Of a DNA stretch of 64,000 bases, positions 8,182 to 17,682 are shown piece after piece. The position numbers and the translations under genes are program-made. The stretch covers positions 12,741 to 76,740 of the forward strand of contig JADHNY010000003.1 of NCBI GenBank assembly GCA_016779265.1, read 5' to 3'. The notes beneath the pieces are model-generated. The model was not told the DNA's origin, did no database searches, and saw only the letters and a program-made list of their open reading frames with translations. This stretch comes from Pirellulales bacterium. GTDB taxonomy: Bacteria > Planctomycetota > Planctomycetia > Pirellulales > UBA1268. The first letter of the stretch is position 1. Every line of letters starts with the position of its first letter.

Positions 8182-11052
8182 ATGGGTTCTACAGGTGCCA
8201 ATCCGCCGTCAGCATCTGCTGCGGCCTCGACCGTGCAGGTTCCGATTGACCTGCGTCGTCTTGCGGATCGACTCGGGCTGCCCGAGGCCGGTGTTGTGGA
8301 GGCGATCGCGTTGCTCGACGCGGGAAACACCATCCCGTTCATTTCTCGGTACCGCCGAGACCAGACAGGCGGCCTCGACGAGGTGGCGATCCGGCTGGTG
8401 GCGGATGGAATTTCCAAAGCACGACAGCTTGCGGATCGCAAGCAGACCGTGCTCCGCTCGATCGAAAACCAGGGGAAACTCACTCCGGACCTGACTGCCG
8501 CAGTCCTCGCGGCTCAGGCGGGCAAGGAACTGGAAGACCTCTACCTTCCATTTAAGCCGAAGAAGCTCTCGCTGGCAGAGATCGCTCGCCAGCGGCGACT
8601 GGAGCCATTGGCCCGCGAAATCCTCGCGGCGGATCCAGCGGCCACTGATCTCGACAAGCGGGCGGCAGATTTCGTGGATGCCGACGGGCAGGTCGCGACG
8701 GCTGCAGACGCCCTGCTGGGTGTGGGCCACATCATCGCCGATGAACTTGCCGCTCGAGCAGATGTTCGCAAGTGTGTCCGAGCGATTCTGGAAAAGAGTG
8801 GGCAGCTGCGGAGCCTGCGGCTGGAGGCGGAAGGCAAGCCAATCTCCAAGGATGCCAAGCACTACCGCGACTACTTTGATTACACCGAGCATGTGCAACG
8901 GGTGCCCCCGCATCGAGGCCTTGCCATCAATCGAGGTGAGCGTGCCAAGATTCTCCGCGTGCGGGTGGAAGGGCCGGTCGATGAGATGCAGGCCGCTGTC
9001 GAGCCGCTCGTGGTCACGGAAGGGCATCCACACAGCGATTTCCTCAAGGGCTGTGTGCGGGACGCGATTGCGCGTCTGATCCTTCCCAGCCTTGAGCGTG
9101 AGTTTCGCCGAGAGATCACAGACCAGTGCGAGCGGCATGCCGTTGAGGTGTTTGCCCGCAACCTGCGACACCTGTTCCTGCAGCCTCCCGTCGCTGGACG
9201 CCGTGTGCTGGCGATCGATCCCGCGTTTAAGAGCGGCTGCAAGGTGGTCGTGGTCGATCCCTACGGCAACCCGCTGGAGCATGATCTGCTGCACATCGTC
9301 GGCAAGTCGGAGAAACGTGAGGAGGCTTCTGCCAAGCTCGCCGCACTTGTGGAGAAGCACGATGTGCAAGTGATTGCGATTGGCAATGGGGCAGCAGGTC
9401 GTGAGACCGAGAACTTTGTTGCCGAACTGGTGGCAGGTCCTCTGGCGGAGCGTGGCCTTGAGTATGTGATCGTCAATGAGGCAGGTGCGAGTGTCTACTC
9501 GACCAGTCCGCTGGGCCGAGAAGAGTTTCCGCAGCACGACGCCTCGATTCGGAGCGCTATTTCTATCGGACGACGGCTGCAGGATCCGCTTTCCGAACTG
9601 GTCAAGATCGAGCCGGCCAACATCGGTGTTGGGCTCTATCAGCACGATGTCCGCGCGAAGCACTTGCACGCATCACTCGATGCTGTGGTGGAGAGCTGTG
9701 TGAACTACGTCGGGGTCGACGTCAACACAGCCAGCCCGGCGTTGCTGCGTTATGTCTCTGGCCTCAATCAGGCAATCGCCAAGGGTATTGCCGAGTGGCG
9801 GGCAGCCAAGGGTGCCTTTGAGAATCGCCAGCAGTTGCGGGAAGTGCCTGGCTTTGGGGAAGCCACGTACGTTCAGGCGGCGGGGTTTCTGAAGATCGGT
9901 GGCGGCAGCAATCCGCTGGATGCCACCTGGATCCATCCAGAGAGCTATGCCGTGGCTGAGCGGGTGCTCGAGCGGCTCGGAGCGAGTGTCGCAGACCTTT
10001 CAGGACGCGATCAAACGGAGAAGCTCGCCCGCGAAGTGAAGTCGGTTGATCTCGACGCGATGGCAGCGGAGTTCAACGTTGGGCGATTGCTGCTGGAAGA
10101 CATCGTCGAGCAGCTCTCGCGGCCGGGCCGCGATCCTCGTGAAGACCTGCCGCGGCCGTTCTTCAAGAAGGGAGTCTTGAAGCTTGAGGACCTCGAAGTC
10201 GGCATGGAGCTGATGGGGGCGGTTCTGAACGTGGTGGACTTTGGAGCATTCGTTGATATTGGGCTCCACGACAGTGGGCTGGTGCACATCAGTCAGCTCT
10301 CGCGTCGTTTTGTCCGGGACCCTCACGACCTGCTCTCGGTTGGCCAGGTCGTGAAGGTGTGGGTGCTCGAACTCGATAAGAATCGCCGACGGGTAGCCTT
10401 GACGATGATTCCGCCGGGGCAGCCACAGCAGCAGACTGGTCGTCGCCAGGGCGAGCGACGTGACCGACCCGGACGTGCTGCCGACCGTGAGGCGGGCGGT
10501 GGAGGGAAGCGGCCGCGTCGGGGGCGTAAGGGTGGTGCTCCAGCAGGGGGGCCGCGTGGTCGCACGGCCAGTGTGTCGACGCGTGGTCCGCGAGTGCCTG
10601 CCCCTCCGATCACCGAAGCGATGCGTGAAGGTCGTGAGCCGCTGCGAACATTTGGTGACCTGTTTCAGTTTGTGAAGCAGAGCGACGAGCCTGAGCCGAC
10701 ACCGGCGAAGAAGAAACGCCGGCGACGCTCAAAGAAGAAGGCCGCTGACGAAACAGCTACTGCTACGGAAACGGGCGTGGAAGCAACGGCCACAGGGGAG
10801 GCAGGCGCAGTAGTAGAGACAGGCGCCGTAGAGACAGTCACTGTGGAGCCGGCCGCTCCGCAGGACAAAGCTGACGCCAGCGAGGATGGTGCCGGCGCTG
10901 CAACACCGCAGGCTGAGGAAACGAAGGCAGCCGACACAGGCTCTGCAGCCACAGAGGTATCTGATGCTGGTGACGAATCCGCTCGCGTTGAAAACACCCC
11001 AGCCCCAGCGAAAGAGGAAGCAGCCACGCCTGAAGAAGGCAGTGACACCTGA
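8182..11052 (+). CDS. tex: Tex-like transcription accessory protein (S1 domain) with long low-complexity C-terminal extension
   Basis: N-terminus LLDAGNTIPFISRYRRDQTGGLDEVAIR. YqgF/HhH middle region. S1 domain GMELMGAVLNVVDFGAFVDIGLHDSGLVHISQLS...VKVWVLELDKNRRRVALTM. Then ~210 aa of R/G-, K- and A/T/E-rich sequence. Confidence 0.85.
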   Translation: MGSTGANPPSASAAASTVQVPIDLRRLADRLGLPEAGVVEAIALLDAGNTIPFISRYRRDQTGGLDEVAIRLVADGISKARQLADRKQTVLRSIENQGKLTPDLTAAVLAAQAGKELEDLYLPFKPKKLSLAEIARQRRLEPLAREILAADPAATDLDKRAADFVDADGQVATAADALLGVGHIIADELAARADVRKCVRAILEKSGQLRSLRLEAEGKPISKDAKHYRDYFDYTEHVQRVPPHRGLAINRGERAKILRVRVEGPVDEMQAAVEPLVVTEGHPHSDFLKGCVRDAIARLILPSLEREFRREITDQCERHAVEVFARNLRHLFLQPPVAGRRVLAIDPAFKSGCKVVVVDPYGNPLEHDLLHIVGKSEKREEASAKLAALVEKHDVQVIAIGNGAAGRETENFVAELVAGPLAERGLEYVIVNEAGASVYSTSPLGREEFPQHDASIRSAISIGRRLQDPLSELVKIEPANIGVGLYQHDVRAKHLHASLDAVVESCVNYVGVDVNTASPALLRYVSGLNQAIAKGIAEWRAAKGAFENRQQLREVPGFGEATYVQAAGFLKIGGGSNPLDATWIHPESYAVAERVLERLGASVADLSGRDQTEKLAREVKSVDLDAMAAEFNVGRLLLEDIVEQLSRPGRDPREDLPRPFFKKGVLKLEDLEVGMELMGAVLNVVDFGAFVDIGLHDSGLVHISQLSRRFVRDPHDLLSVGQVVKVWVLELDKNRRRVALTMIPPGQPQQQTGRRQGERRDRPGRAADREAGGGGKRPRRGRKGGAPAGGPRGRTASVSTRGPRVPAPPITEAMREGREPLRTFGDLFQFVKQSDEPEPTPAKKKRRRRSKKKAADETATATETGVEATATGEAGAVVETGAVETVTVEPAAPQDKADASEDGAGAATPQAEETKAADTGSAATEVSDAGDESARVENTPAPAKEEAATPEEGSDT

Positions 11053-11080
11053 CGAGTGTCGGGCTGAAATGTTCCTCAGC

Positions 11081-11118
11081 GTGTGGGGTGCCGAGAGCGG
11101 TGTGGATTGCCGAGAGCG
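11081..11118. repeat. Imperfect 19-bp tandem repeat x2
   Basis: GTGTGGGGTGCCGAGAGCG / GTGTGGATTGCCGAGAGCG (17/19 identical), in the tex/infA convergent intergenic region. Confidence 0.8.
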
Positions 11119-11127
11119 GGTCGCGGA

Positions 11128-11349
11128 CTAACGTTCGCGGAAAGTGATGCGACCCTTTGTCAGGTCGTAGGGCGAGAGTTCCACCTTCACTTTGTCACCA
11201 GGCACAATCCTGATGAAGTTTTTTCGCATCTTTCCGGCAACGTGTGCGTTAACGATGTGTCCGCCGTTGATCTGAACGCGAAAACGGGTGTTGGCTAAGG
11301 CCTGGGTGACCACCCCTTCCACTTCAAGCGCCGCTTCTTTTTCGGCCAT
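11128..11349 (-). CDS. infA: Translation initiation factor IF-1
   Basis: [64 protein letters not shown] is the classic IF-1 S1-fold sequence. Start moved to ATG 11349 (MAEKE...). Confidence 0.95.
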   Translation of the reverse strand: MAEKEAALEVEGVVTQALANTRFRVQINGGHIVNAHVAGKMRKNFIRIVPGDKVKVELSPYDLTKGRITFRER

Positions 11350-11525
11350 GTATTCCTGCAAGGTGAGAGTTGAAGAACCAGTGTTTCTGAAAAACGGCAG
11401 GAGCGGCCGCCTTTCAGACTTTGCAACTATGACGCACCGGGCCTGAATCGTCCAGCAGGATGAGGCTTTTCGGGCCCCTGGGCTTGAGCCGCTAGGGCGT
11501 CACGCCTGTAACGCCGGTGAGCGGC

Positions 11526-12663
11526 TCATGCGTCGTCGTCTGCTGCCGGCCCATCGGCCGGGAGGGCATCGGAGGCTCTCCACTTCAGGTAGGCATCAAA
11601 AAAACCATCCAGATCGCCGTCGAGCACGCTCTGAAAGTTGCCCACCGCGTGGCCCGTTCGCTGGTCCTTAACCCGCTGATCCGGGTGGAGGAAGTAGTTG
11701 CGGATCTGGGAGCCGAAGCCGGTCTTAGGCTGTTGTTTGTAGCGGGCAAGCTGCTCTGCTTCTTTCTTCTCCTCCTCGAACCGAGCCAGGCGGGCACGTA
11801 GCATCTTGCGGGCTGTCGCCCGATTCTTGTGCTGGCTCCGTTCGCTTTGGCACTGCACAACGATGTTGGTTGGCAGGTGAGTCAGCCGGATCGCACTCGA
11901 GGTTTTGTTGACGTGCTGTCCACCGGCACCGCTCGCTCGAAACACATCTTCGCGAATCTCTTCGTCGTTGAGTTCGATTTCCGTGTCGTCGTCTGCAATT
12001 TCCGGGGAGACGTCTACTGCCGCAAAACTCGTCTGCCGTTTGCCTTCGGCATTGAAGGGGCTGATCCGGACAAGCCGGTGCATGCCCATTTCCCCCTTCA
12101 GGTAGCCGTAAGCCCAGGGGCCACGGATAGCGACTGTGGCATGCTGGATCCCAGCTACGTCGTCGTCTTGCCGGTCGAGCAGCTCTATCTTGTAGTCATG
12201 TTTGCTGGCCCAGGAGGAGTACATCCTCAACAGCATCTCAGCCCAGTCGTTGGCATCGGTGCCTCCGTCTCGAGCATGCAGGGAGATGATGGCGTCGGCT
12301 CCGTCGTGGGGGCCGGAGAGAAGCGACGTCAGCTCGAGGGCCGCGACGAGTCGCTCGAGCCGATCGGTTTCACTGGCGAGTTCTGCTTCGAGCGACTCAT
12401 CCTCTGTCACCAGTTCCGCAAGCGCTTCGAGATCAGCACTCACCCCCAAAGCTTCGTCGAGCGGCTTGAGCACCGAGTTGATGCTCTTAAGCTCGGCAAC
12501 GGTGGTCTGTGCTTTTTCAGCGTTATTCCAGAAATCGCCCTCTGCCATCTCTGCTTCAATACGGGTGGCGGCTTTCTTGCGACCAGCCCAGTCAAAGAGA
12601 GTCCCGCAGCTGAAGCAGACGGGCCCGAATGGTTTCTGAGCGGGTAATCAACGCGGTGTCCAT
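11526..12663 (-). CDS. prfB: Peptide chain release factor 2, expressed via +1 programmed frameshift
   Basis: The track shows only 11526..12548. On the minus strand, ATG(12663)...CTG CGG GAC TCT CTT TGA C gives MDTALITRSETIRARLLQLRDSL*. The +1 frame continues DWAGRKKAATRIEAEMAEGDFW into the long ORF. The body carries SPF (VRISPFNAEGKRQTSF) and GGQ (RASGAGGQHVNKT). Confidence 0.9.
12591..12597 (-). other. prfB +1 ribosomal frameshift site CTT TGA C
   Basis: Minus-strand CTT(12597-12595) TGA(12594-12592) C(12591). A weak SD-like GGGA lies 6 nt upstream. 12593 is in frame with the 12548 ORF (45 nt). Confidence 0.85.
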
Positions 12664-12764
12664 GCAACAACCAGCAGGTGTGGGGCAACGAAACTCTCAG
12701 CGACGTGGCTGATTCTAGGGCCCGGCGAGAACCGAAGGGAAGGGCGGGCCGGCAGTCCCGCTAT

Positions 12765-14075
12765 TCAGCGACGAGTGACACGGCTTCCAGGAAGTCGCTG
12801 AATCAGTCGTCGTGTTTCGAGCATGCTCAGCGCCGCGAGCACGTCTGCCGCGGTCAGACCAGTCTCCACGATCACCTGATCAATCAGGCTCCCATGCGTT
12901 GACGTGGGAATCACGTCGAAGACCAGTTGCTCAGCTGCTTCGAGAAGCCGTTCGGCCGGGCGGCCTTCCGTTGGGTGTGCTGGAGACGCCGTCACAGTTA
13001 CAGGAGTGGGATCGACACCGACTGTCGATTGGCAGCCAGCAGGGCTCACGACGGTCTCGGAGAGAGGCCCCAGTTCGTCGAGAATGTCATCGATGCTTCC
13101 AACCAGCTTGGCTCCATCCTGAATCAGCCGATGGCAGCCCTGCGACATCCGGCAGTGGATCTCCCCGGGGACTGCAAACACTTCTCGCCCCTGTTCGCCC
13201 GCCAGGCGAGCGGTGATCATCGCGCCTGAGCGATCGGCTGCTTGGATCACCACAACGCCGAGAGACAGGCCTGAGATGATGCGATTGCGTTGTGGAAAGG
13301 CTCCCGCGGTGGGGGCTGCGAAAGGCGGGCACTCGCTGAGCACCGCCCCAGCGTGGCTAATGTCATCGGCCAGACCACGATGTTCTGGCGGGTACGTTTT
13401 TAAAACACCGCTGCCGAGCACGGCCAGAGTGCGGCCTCCGGCAGTGAGGGCCCCCCTGTGCCCGGCAGCATCGATACCGCGAGCGAGGCCGCTGACCACG
13501 GTGTAGCCTGCGCGGGCGAGGCTGCTGCCGAGCTGTTCGGCAACTCGGGTGCCGTAGGCTGTGGCATGTCGCGCACCGACGAGGGCCACCGCGAGCCCAT
13601 CGCAGGGCTGCAGCTCGCCACGGACAAACAACACCCCTGGAGGGTCGTCAATCTCACGGAGTAGCGAAGGGTAGCGTGGGTCGCCTTCGAGCAAAATCTG
13701 AACCTGCTCCCGCTCGCAGGCAGCGAGAAGCTCTGTGGCGTCTGCCGAGGAGGACGACTGAATCGCTTGAGCAGCGACAGGGCCGATGCCCTCGATGGCC
13801 AAGAGTTGCGGCTCCGTGGCAGCGAAGACGGCCTCGGGGCAGCCAAACACCTCCAATAACCGGCGACTATTCCGCGGTCCAATACGAGGAACCATCGCCA
13901 GCTGCAGATGGGCGATGACGGTCTCCGTCTCAGCAGCGGACCGAGAAGCAGTTGCAGGACTCTCCGTGGCTGACCTGCCTGGAGCGACACTGCTTGGAGC
14001 GACACTGCCGCACACTGTGCGGCGGGAAGTGGGTGAACTCCGCATCGCAGACCTCCTCACGGGGTACGTGAACAT
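12765..14075 (-). CDS. dprA: DNA-processing protein DprA/Smf
   Basis: VALVGARHATAYG..LARAGYTVVSGLARGIDAAGHRGAL...TLAVLGSGV...FPQRNRIISGLSLGVVVIQAADRSGAMITA..A.EQGREVFAVPG. The N-terminal ~55 aa are low complexity, so the start is uncertain. Confidence 0.85.
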   Translation of the reverse strand: MFTYPVRRSAMRSSPTSRRTVCGSVAPSSVAPGRSATESPATASRSAAETETVIAHLQLAMVPRIGPRNSRRLLEVFGCPEAVFAATEPQLLAIEGIGPVAAQAIQSSSSADATELLAACEREQVQILLEGDPRYPSLLREIDDPPGVLFVRGELQPCDGLAVALVGARHATAYGTRVAEQLGSSLARAGYTVVSGLARGIDAAGHRGALTAGGRTLAVLGSGVLKTYPPEHRGLADDISHAGAVLSECPPFAAPTAGAFPQRNRIISGLSLGVVVIQAADRSGAMITARLAGEQGREVFAVPGEIHCRMSQGCHRLIQDGAKLVGSIDDILDELGPLSETVVSPAGCQSTVGVDPTPVTVTASPAHPTEGRPAERLLEAAEQLVFDVIPTSTHGSLIDQVIVETGLTAADVLAALSMLETRRLIQRLPGSRVTRR

Positions 14076-14108
14076 TTGTCACGTTGTACCCCCAGTTGGT
14101 AGGCTGCG

Positions 14109-14504
14109 TCAACTCGCGGCGGCCTTCAGTTCGGCCAGGTGTTGAGCGGTTTCGACGAGCCTGTCCCAGTTCTTGTCGACGTACTCAGGAGGTCCGCCCA
14201 TCTGGGCCACGGCGACTGCGACTTCTTCGGTGGGCACCATGTCGATCGCATCCCAGGGACAGACCTTCAAGTCGTAGGGATTCGACTTTTTACCCGGGAT
14301 ATGCACGCAGACTTCACAGCCCACGCACCGCTCAATGTCGATTTCGCACCAGCTCTGCAGGTTGTGGAACTGGTCGTACTGCTGGATCTTGATGATGCAG
14401 TCGACAGGACACACCTCCAGGCAGCTTTCGCAGCCTGTGCAGTTGTCAGCGGTGATCACCGCCAGTTCCTTCGGGAGCTTTTTGCGAGGACCTTGCTTTG
14501 CCAT
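14109..14504 (-). CDS. 2x[4Fe-4S] ferredoxin-type protein
   Basis: CTGCESCLEVCP and CVGCEVCV...VCP cysteine motifs. 131 aa. Confidence 0.75.
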   Translation of the reverse strand: MAKQGPRKKLPKELAVITADNCTGCESCLEVCPVDCIIKIQQYDQFHNLQSWCEIDIERCVGCEVCVHIPGKKSNPYDLKVCPWDAIDMVPTEEVAVAVAQMGGPPEYVDKNWDRLVETAQHLAELKAAAS

Positions 14505-14629
14505 GGTGTCAAACTCGGCACATGAGGACGCGGAACTTCACTTGACCATCCTAGCCGCCATCTATCCGGTGGCAAAACCAACGTCAATCCGCACGATCCG
14601 CAGCGTCCGACGTCCCACAAGCCGGTGCG

Positions 14630-15916
14630 TCAGACGGTTTCACCGCGAAACAGGTCTGCGGGCGTCTGGCGGGCTCGCACGAGCCGATGGCTGCCGGCAT
14701 CGACGAGCACTTCTGCCGGCAGCGGTTTCGAGTTGTAGTTGCTGGCCATCACGAATCCATAGGCGCCGGCGATATCGAGCGCAAGGTAATCCCCCACGTC
14801 GGCTGGAGGGAGCGGCCTCGTCGTCACGAACCCCCCCTCTTCCTGGGTGAAGATGTCGCCCGATTCGCACAGCGGCCCACCGACCACAACATCCTGTGGC
14901 TCGCCGGAGGCCAGCCGGCCGGCTGCGGTGACGACGCGAATCGGGTGATACGAGCCGTAGAGCACAGGACGGGCAAGGGTGTTAAAGCCGGCATCAACGA
15001 GCAGATACCGCTTCCGCCCCATCCGTTTGACGGCTCGCACTTCGGTAATCAGCGAGCCCGATTCCGCGGTCAGGTAACGACCAGGCTCAATCTCGAGACG
15101 AATCCGGTGGCCGAAGCGTTCTTCGAGGCGGCGTCGGGTGGCGTCCCAGAGCTGGAAGTACCCGCCGAGGTCAGCATGCGTCTCGTTGGGCTTGTAGGGG
15201 ACGGGAAGTCCACCGCCTGCAGAGATGGTTGTCAGCGAGCGACCAATCTCGTTGGCGATCCGCTCCAGGGCCCCCGCAACTTCGGCGAGATGCTCGAGGT
15301 CGGAGCCACTGCCGATATGCATATGCAGGCCTGAGATCATCAGTCCTGCCCACTCGGCACGCTTCAGAATGTCGGGGATTTCTTCGTGCCAGATGCCGTG
15401 CTTCGAGCCTTCTCCCCCGGTATTGGTCTTCTGGCTGTGGCCATGACCAAAGCCAGGATTCACCCGCAAGGTGACCGATGCCCCCGGCATTCGCTCAGCG
15501 AGCTGGGTCAGCATGTCAGCCGATCCGCAGTTGACATGAATCCCGTGATGCACCACGGCATCGAGACTGTCGCGATCGAAGATATCTGCCGTGTAGACGA
15601 TCGGGTGCACCGGTGGCAGACCATCCTCCTCGGGGCGTGCGGCAGCGTGGGGCGTGAAGCCCGCTGCCAGGGCCCGCTCAATCTCGCCCGCACTCACCGC
15701 GTCGACCACGACTCCTTCGCGACGTACGAGGTCGAGGACGGCGAGGTTGGAGCAGGCCTTCTGTGCGAAGCGGACCGTATCCCAGGCAGCCAGATCGCGA
15801 CACCGCTGTCGAATCATCTCTGCGTTGTAGACGTAGAGTGGCGTGCCGTAGCCCTGTGCAAGTTCGGCGATCGAAACGCCGCCAACGGCCGCCGCAGCGG
15901 CATCACCTTCGTGCAT
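14630..15916 (-). CDS. lysA: Diaminopimelate decarboxylase
   Basis: YGTPLYVYNAEMIRQRC, HMHIGSG, GGGLPVPY, GGPLCESGDIF. Start set at ATG 15916 (MHEGD...), because the track's upstream extension overlaps the preceding gene. Confidence 0.85.
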   Translation of the reverse strand: MHEGDAAAAAVGGVSIAELAQGYGTPLYVYNAEMIRQRCRDLAAWDTVRFAQKACSNLAVLDLVRREGVVVDAVSAGEIERALAAGFTPHAAARPEEDGLPPVHPIVYTADIFDRDSLDAVVHHGIHVNCGSADMLTQLAERMPGASVTLRVNPGFGHGHSQKTNTGGEGSKHGIWHEEIPDILKRAEWAGLMISGLHMHIGSGSDLEHLAEVAGALERIANEIGRSLTTISAGGGLPVPYKPNETHADLGGYFQLWDATRRRLEERFGHRIRLEIEPGRYLTAESGSLITEVRAVKRMGRKRYLLVDAGFNTLARPVLYGSYHPIRVVTAAGRLASGEPQDVVVGGPLCESGDIFTQEEGGFVTTRPLPPADVGDYLALDIAGAYGFVMASNYNSKPLPAEVLVDAGSHRLVRARQTPADLFRGETV

Positions 15917-15929
15917 CTCTGTCTCACTC

Positions 15930-17567
15930 TCAAAAGCCGGGAGGAAGGCCAGGGGGAGGACCAAAGCCACCACCAGGAGGACCGAAGTCACCGCCAGCGG
16001 GGCCGCCGCCCATCACACCTGTCATTGCCGCTGCTGCTCGCAGCACGCCACCATCAGCGGTCAGCTGCCAGGCCATGCCACGGTCAATCGGTCGCACCAC
16101 AAACTGCAGCATCGCAGAGGGAGCGGCCTTCGCAGCCTCGGCGGCTGGAGCGATGTCTGCCGCGTCTGGGCCGGTCGTCGCAATGAAATCGAGCAGCTGT
16201 TCACAGGCGATCTGGATGGCCATGCCCGGCCGCACCTGACGCTGCTGTGAGGAGCCCTGCATCATGCTGTCGAGTCGACCGCTCACATCCCCACCAGCCA
16301 GGGCGTAGACATGGCTGGGGGTGATCGCCAGGGTCACCTTCACGGGGCTGCCCCCGGCCCCTTCGCCGGCAGCGGATGGATCGAGTTCGAGGGTGTGCAG
16401 AGTGGCGTCGCCCTTTGACTCCACGTCGAAAGCGAGCGCAACCCCAGGTGGGAGTTCGACGCCTTCGACAGCCTGCTTGATCGCAGACTCAAGCTTGCGG
16501 CCATCGGCCACCGAGGCGCCCCCCGTCAGCTCCGTCTTGTCGCCGTCAGCGGTCACTGCCAGGGTGGCATCAAGCCGTCCGCTGTCGAGCATCACGCCGA
16601 GGATCGTTGTGAGCAGTTCGATCACCGGCTCCGCTTGAGGATCGGTGTTCTGCTCGGCCGCCTGGGCGAGGCCGAGTTCGACCTGCTGCCGCATCTCAGG
16701 TGTGACGGTCTGAGCGAGCATCATCCGCATCATGGGTTCGCTCGTCTCGGCAAGGGGTACAGAAAGGCTCGCGGTTTCGTCGGCATCGACTGCCCCTGGA
16801 GCGCCAGGGACAGCGACGGTGCGGTTCTCAATTTCAACGCGACCCTTCTCCTCGTTGATGCCAAGCCCGAGCGTGAGCAACTCGATCTGCCCCAGGCCAT
16901 CAACCATTGCGGCCACCGCATCGCCAGCCTGCGGAGTGTTGGCTCCCGGCGTCTGGGCGGCTGCTTGCGTCGCCATCGCAGCGAACTGCTGTCGCAGCGG
17001 TTCAGGCAGCACTGAGGGGAAGAGCGAGACGGCGACGGTGAAGTCGTCTGCAAGCGTCTCGAAAGCGGCGGACGGATCGAGATCGTCAGCCACTGGCATG
17101 CCAGTGGGGCTGATCAGGGCCCAGCCATCCTTCTCGACGATGTCTGCAGAACCGATGCCGGGCAGGGTCAGTTGTCGCACACCACCCTGATTCTGAACAG
17201 GGCCGATCACTCCCTGCAGTGAGCCGAGCAAGGCATCGACATCCTTCGCAGGCACACACCCACAGCCACTGATGATGCCGTTGTCGCTGGTGATGATCAC
17301 GCCAAGAGGCTGACGCACATCCAGGCCTGCGAGTCCCTGACCACCCGTGGCCATCATCAGCATGCCTTCGGCGCTGCCGGCGAGCATGGGGTTGCCCATC
17401 TCACGTCCGAGCCATGTGAGCTGCTTTTTCAGGTCTCGGTAGCTGTCGACAGCGACCACGGCCACGACGTCAGCGGCGTCGCTGCTGGTGGTTGTCCAGG
17501 GAAAACCTCCCAGGCCAACCACGAGGGTGAGGGCAATCACGCCACATGTTCGCGAAAAGCACCGCAT
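15930..17567 (-). CDS. Hypothetical secreted protein (signal peptide; Gly/Pro-rich C-terminus)
   Basis: 545-aa ORF. N-terminal MRCFSRTCGVIALTLVVGLGG signal-like segment and C-terminal GGGPAGGDFGPPGGGFGPPPGLPPGF. No family recognised. The stop lies 13 nt before the lysA ATG. Confidence 0.6.
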   Translation of the reverse strand: MRCFSRTCGVIALTLVVGLGGFPWTTTSSDAADVVAVVAVDSYRDLKKQLTWLGREMGNPMLAGSAEGMLMMATGGQGLAGLDVRQPLGVIITSDNGIISGCGCVPAKDVDALLGSLQGVIGPVQNQGGVRQLTLPGIGSADIVEKDGWALISPTGMPVADDLDPSAAFETLADDFTVAVSLFPSVLPEPLRQQFAAMATQAAAQTPGANTPQAGDAVAAMVDGLGQIELLTLGLGINEEKGRVEIENRTVAVPGAPGAVDADETASLSVPLAETSEPMMRMMLAQTVTPEMRQQVELGLAQAAEQNTDPQAEPVIELLTTILGVMLDSGRLDATLAVTADGDKTELTGGASVADGRKLESAIKQAVEGVELPPGVALAFDVESKGDATLHTLELDPSAAGEGAGGSPVKVTLAITPSHVYALAGGDVSGRLDSMMQGSSQQRQVRPGMAIQIACEQLLDFIATTGPDAADIAPAAEAAKAAPSAMLQFVVRPIDRGMAWQLTADGGVLRAAAAMTGVMGGGPAGGDFGPPGGGFGPPPGLPPGF

Positions 17568-17682
17568 CGGATGATTCCTGTGTAAGAGTCGACGGTCCCA
17601 GAGGATGTGTTGTACGGGATGGTACGCCGGCCGGACAGGACCTGATCCTCACGGTGGCGGCCACGCGGTATCCTGTCAGCAC

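Noticed and set aside
8209-9669. 486-aa ORF antisense to tex
   Set aside because: It lies entirely inside a well-supported Tex gene on the opposite strand. The composition is Arg/His/Leu-rich with no motifs. This is the usual stop-codon-poor antisense frame of high-GC DNA.
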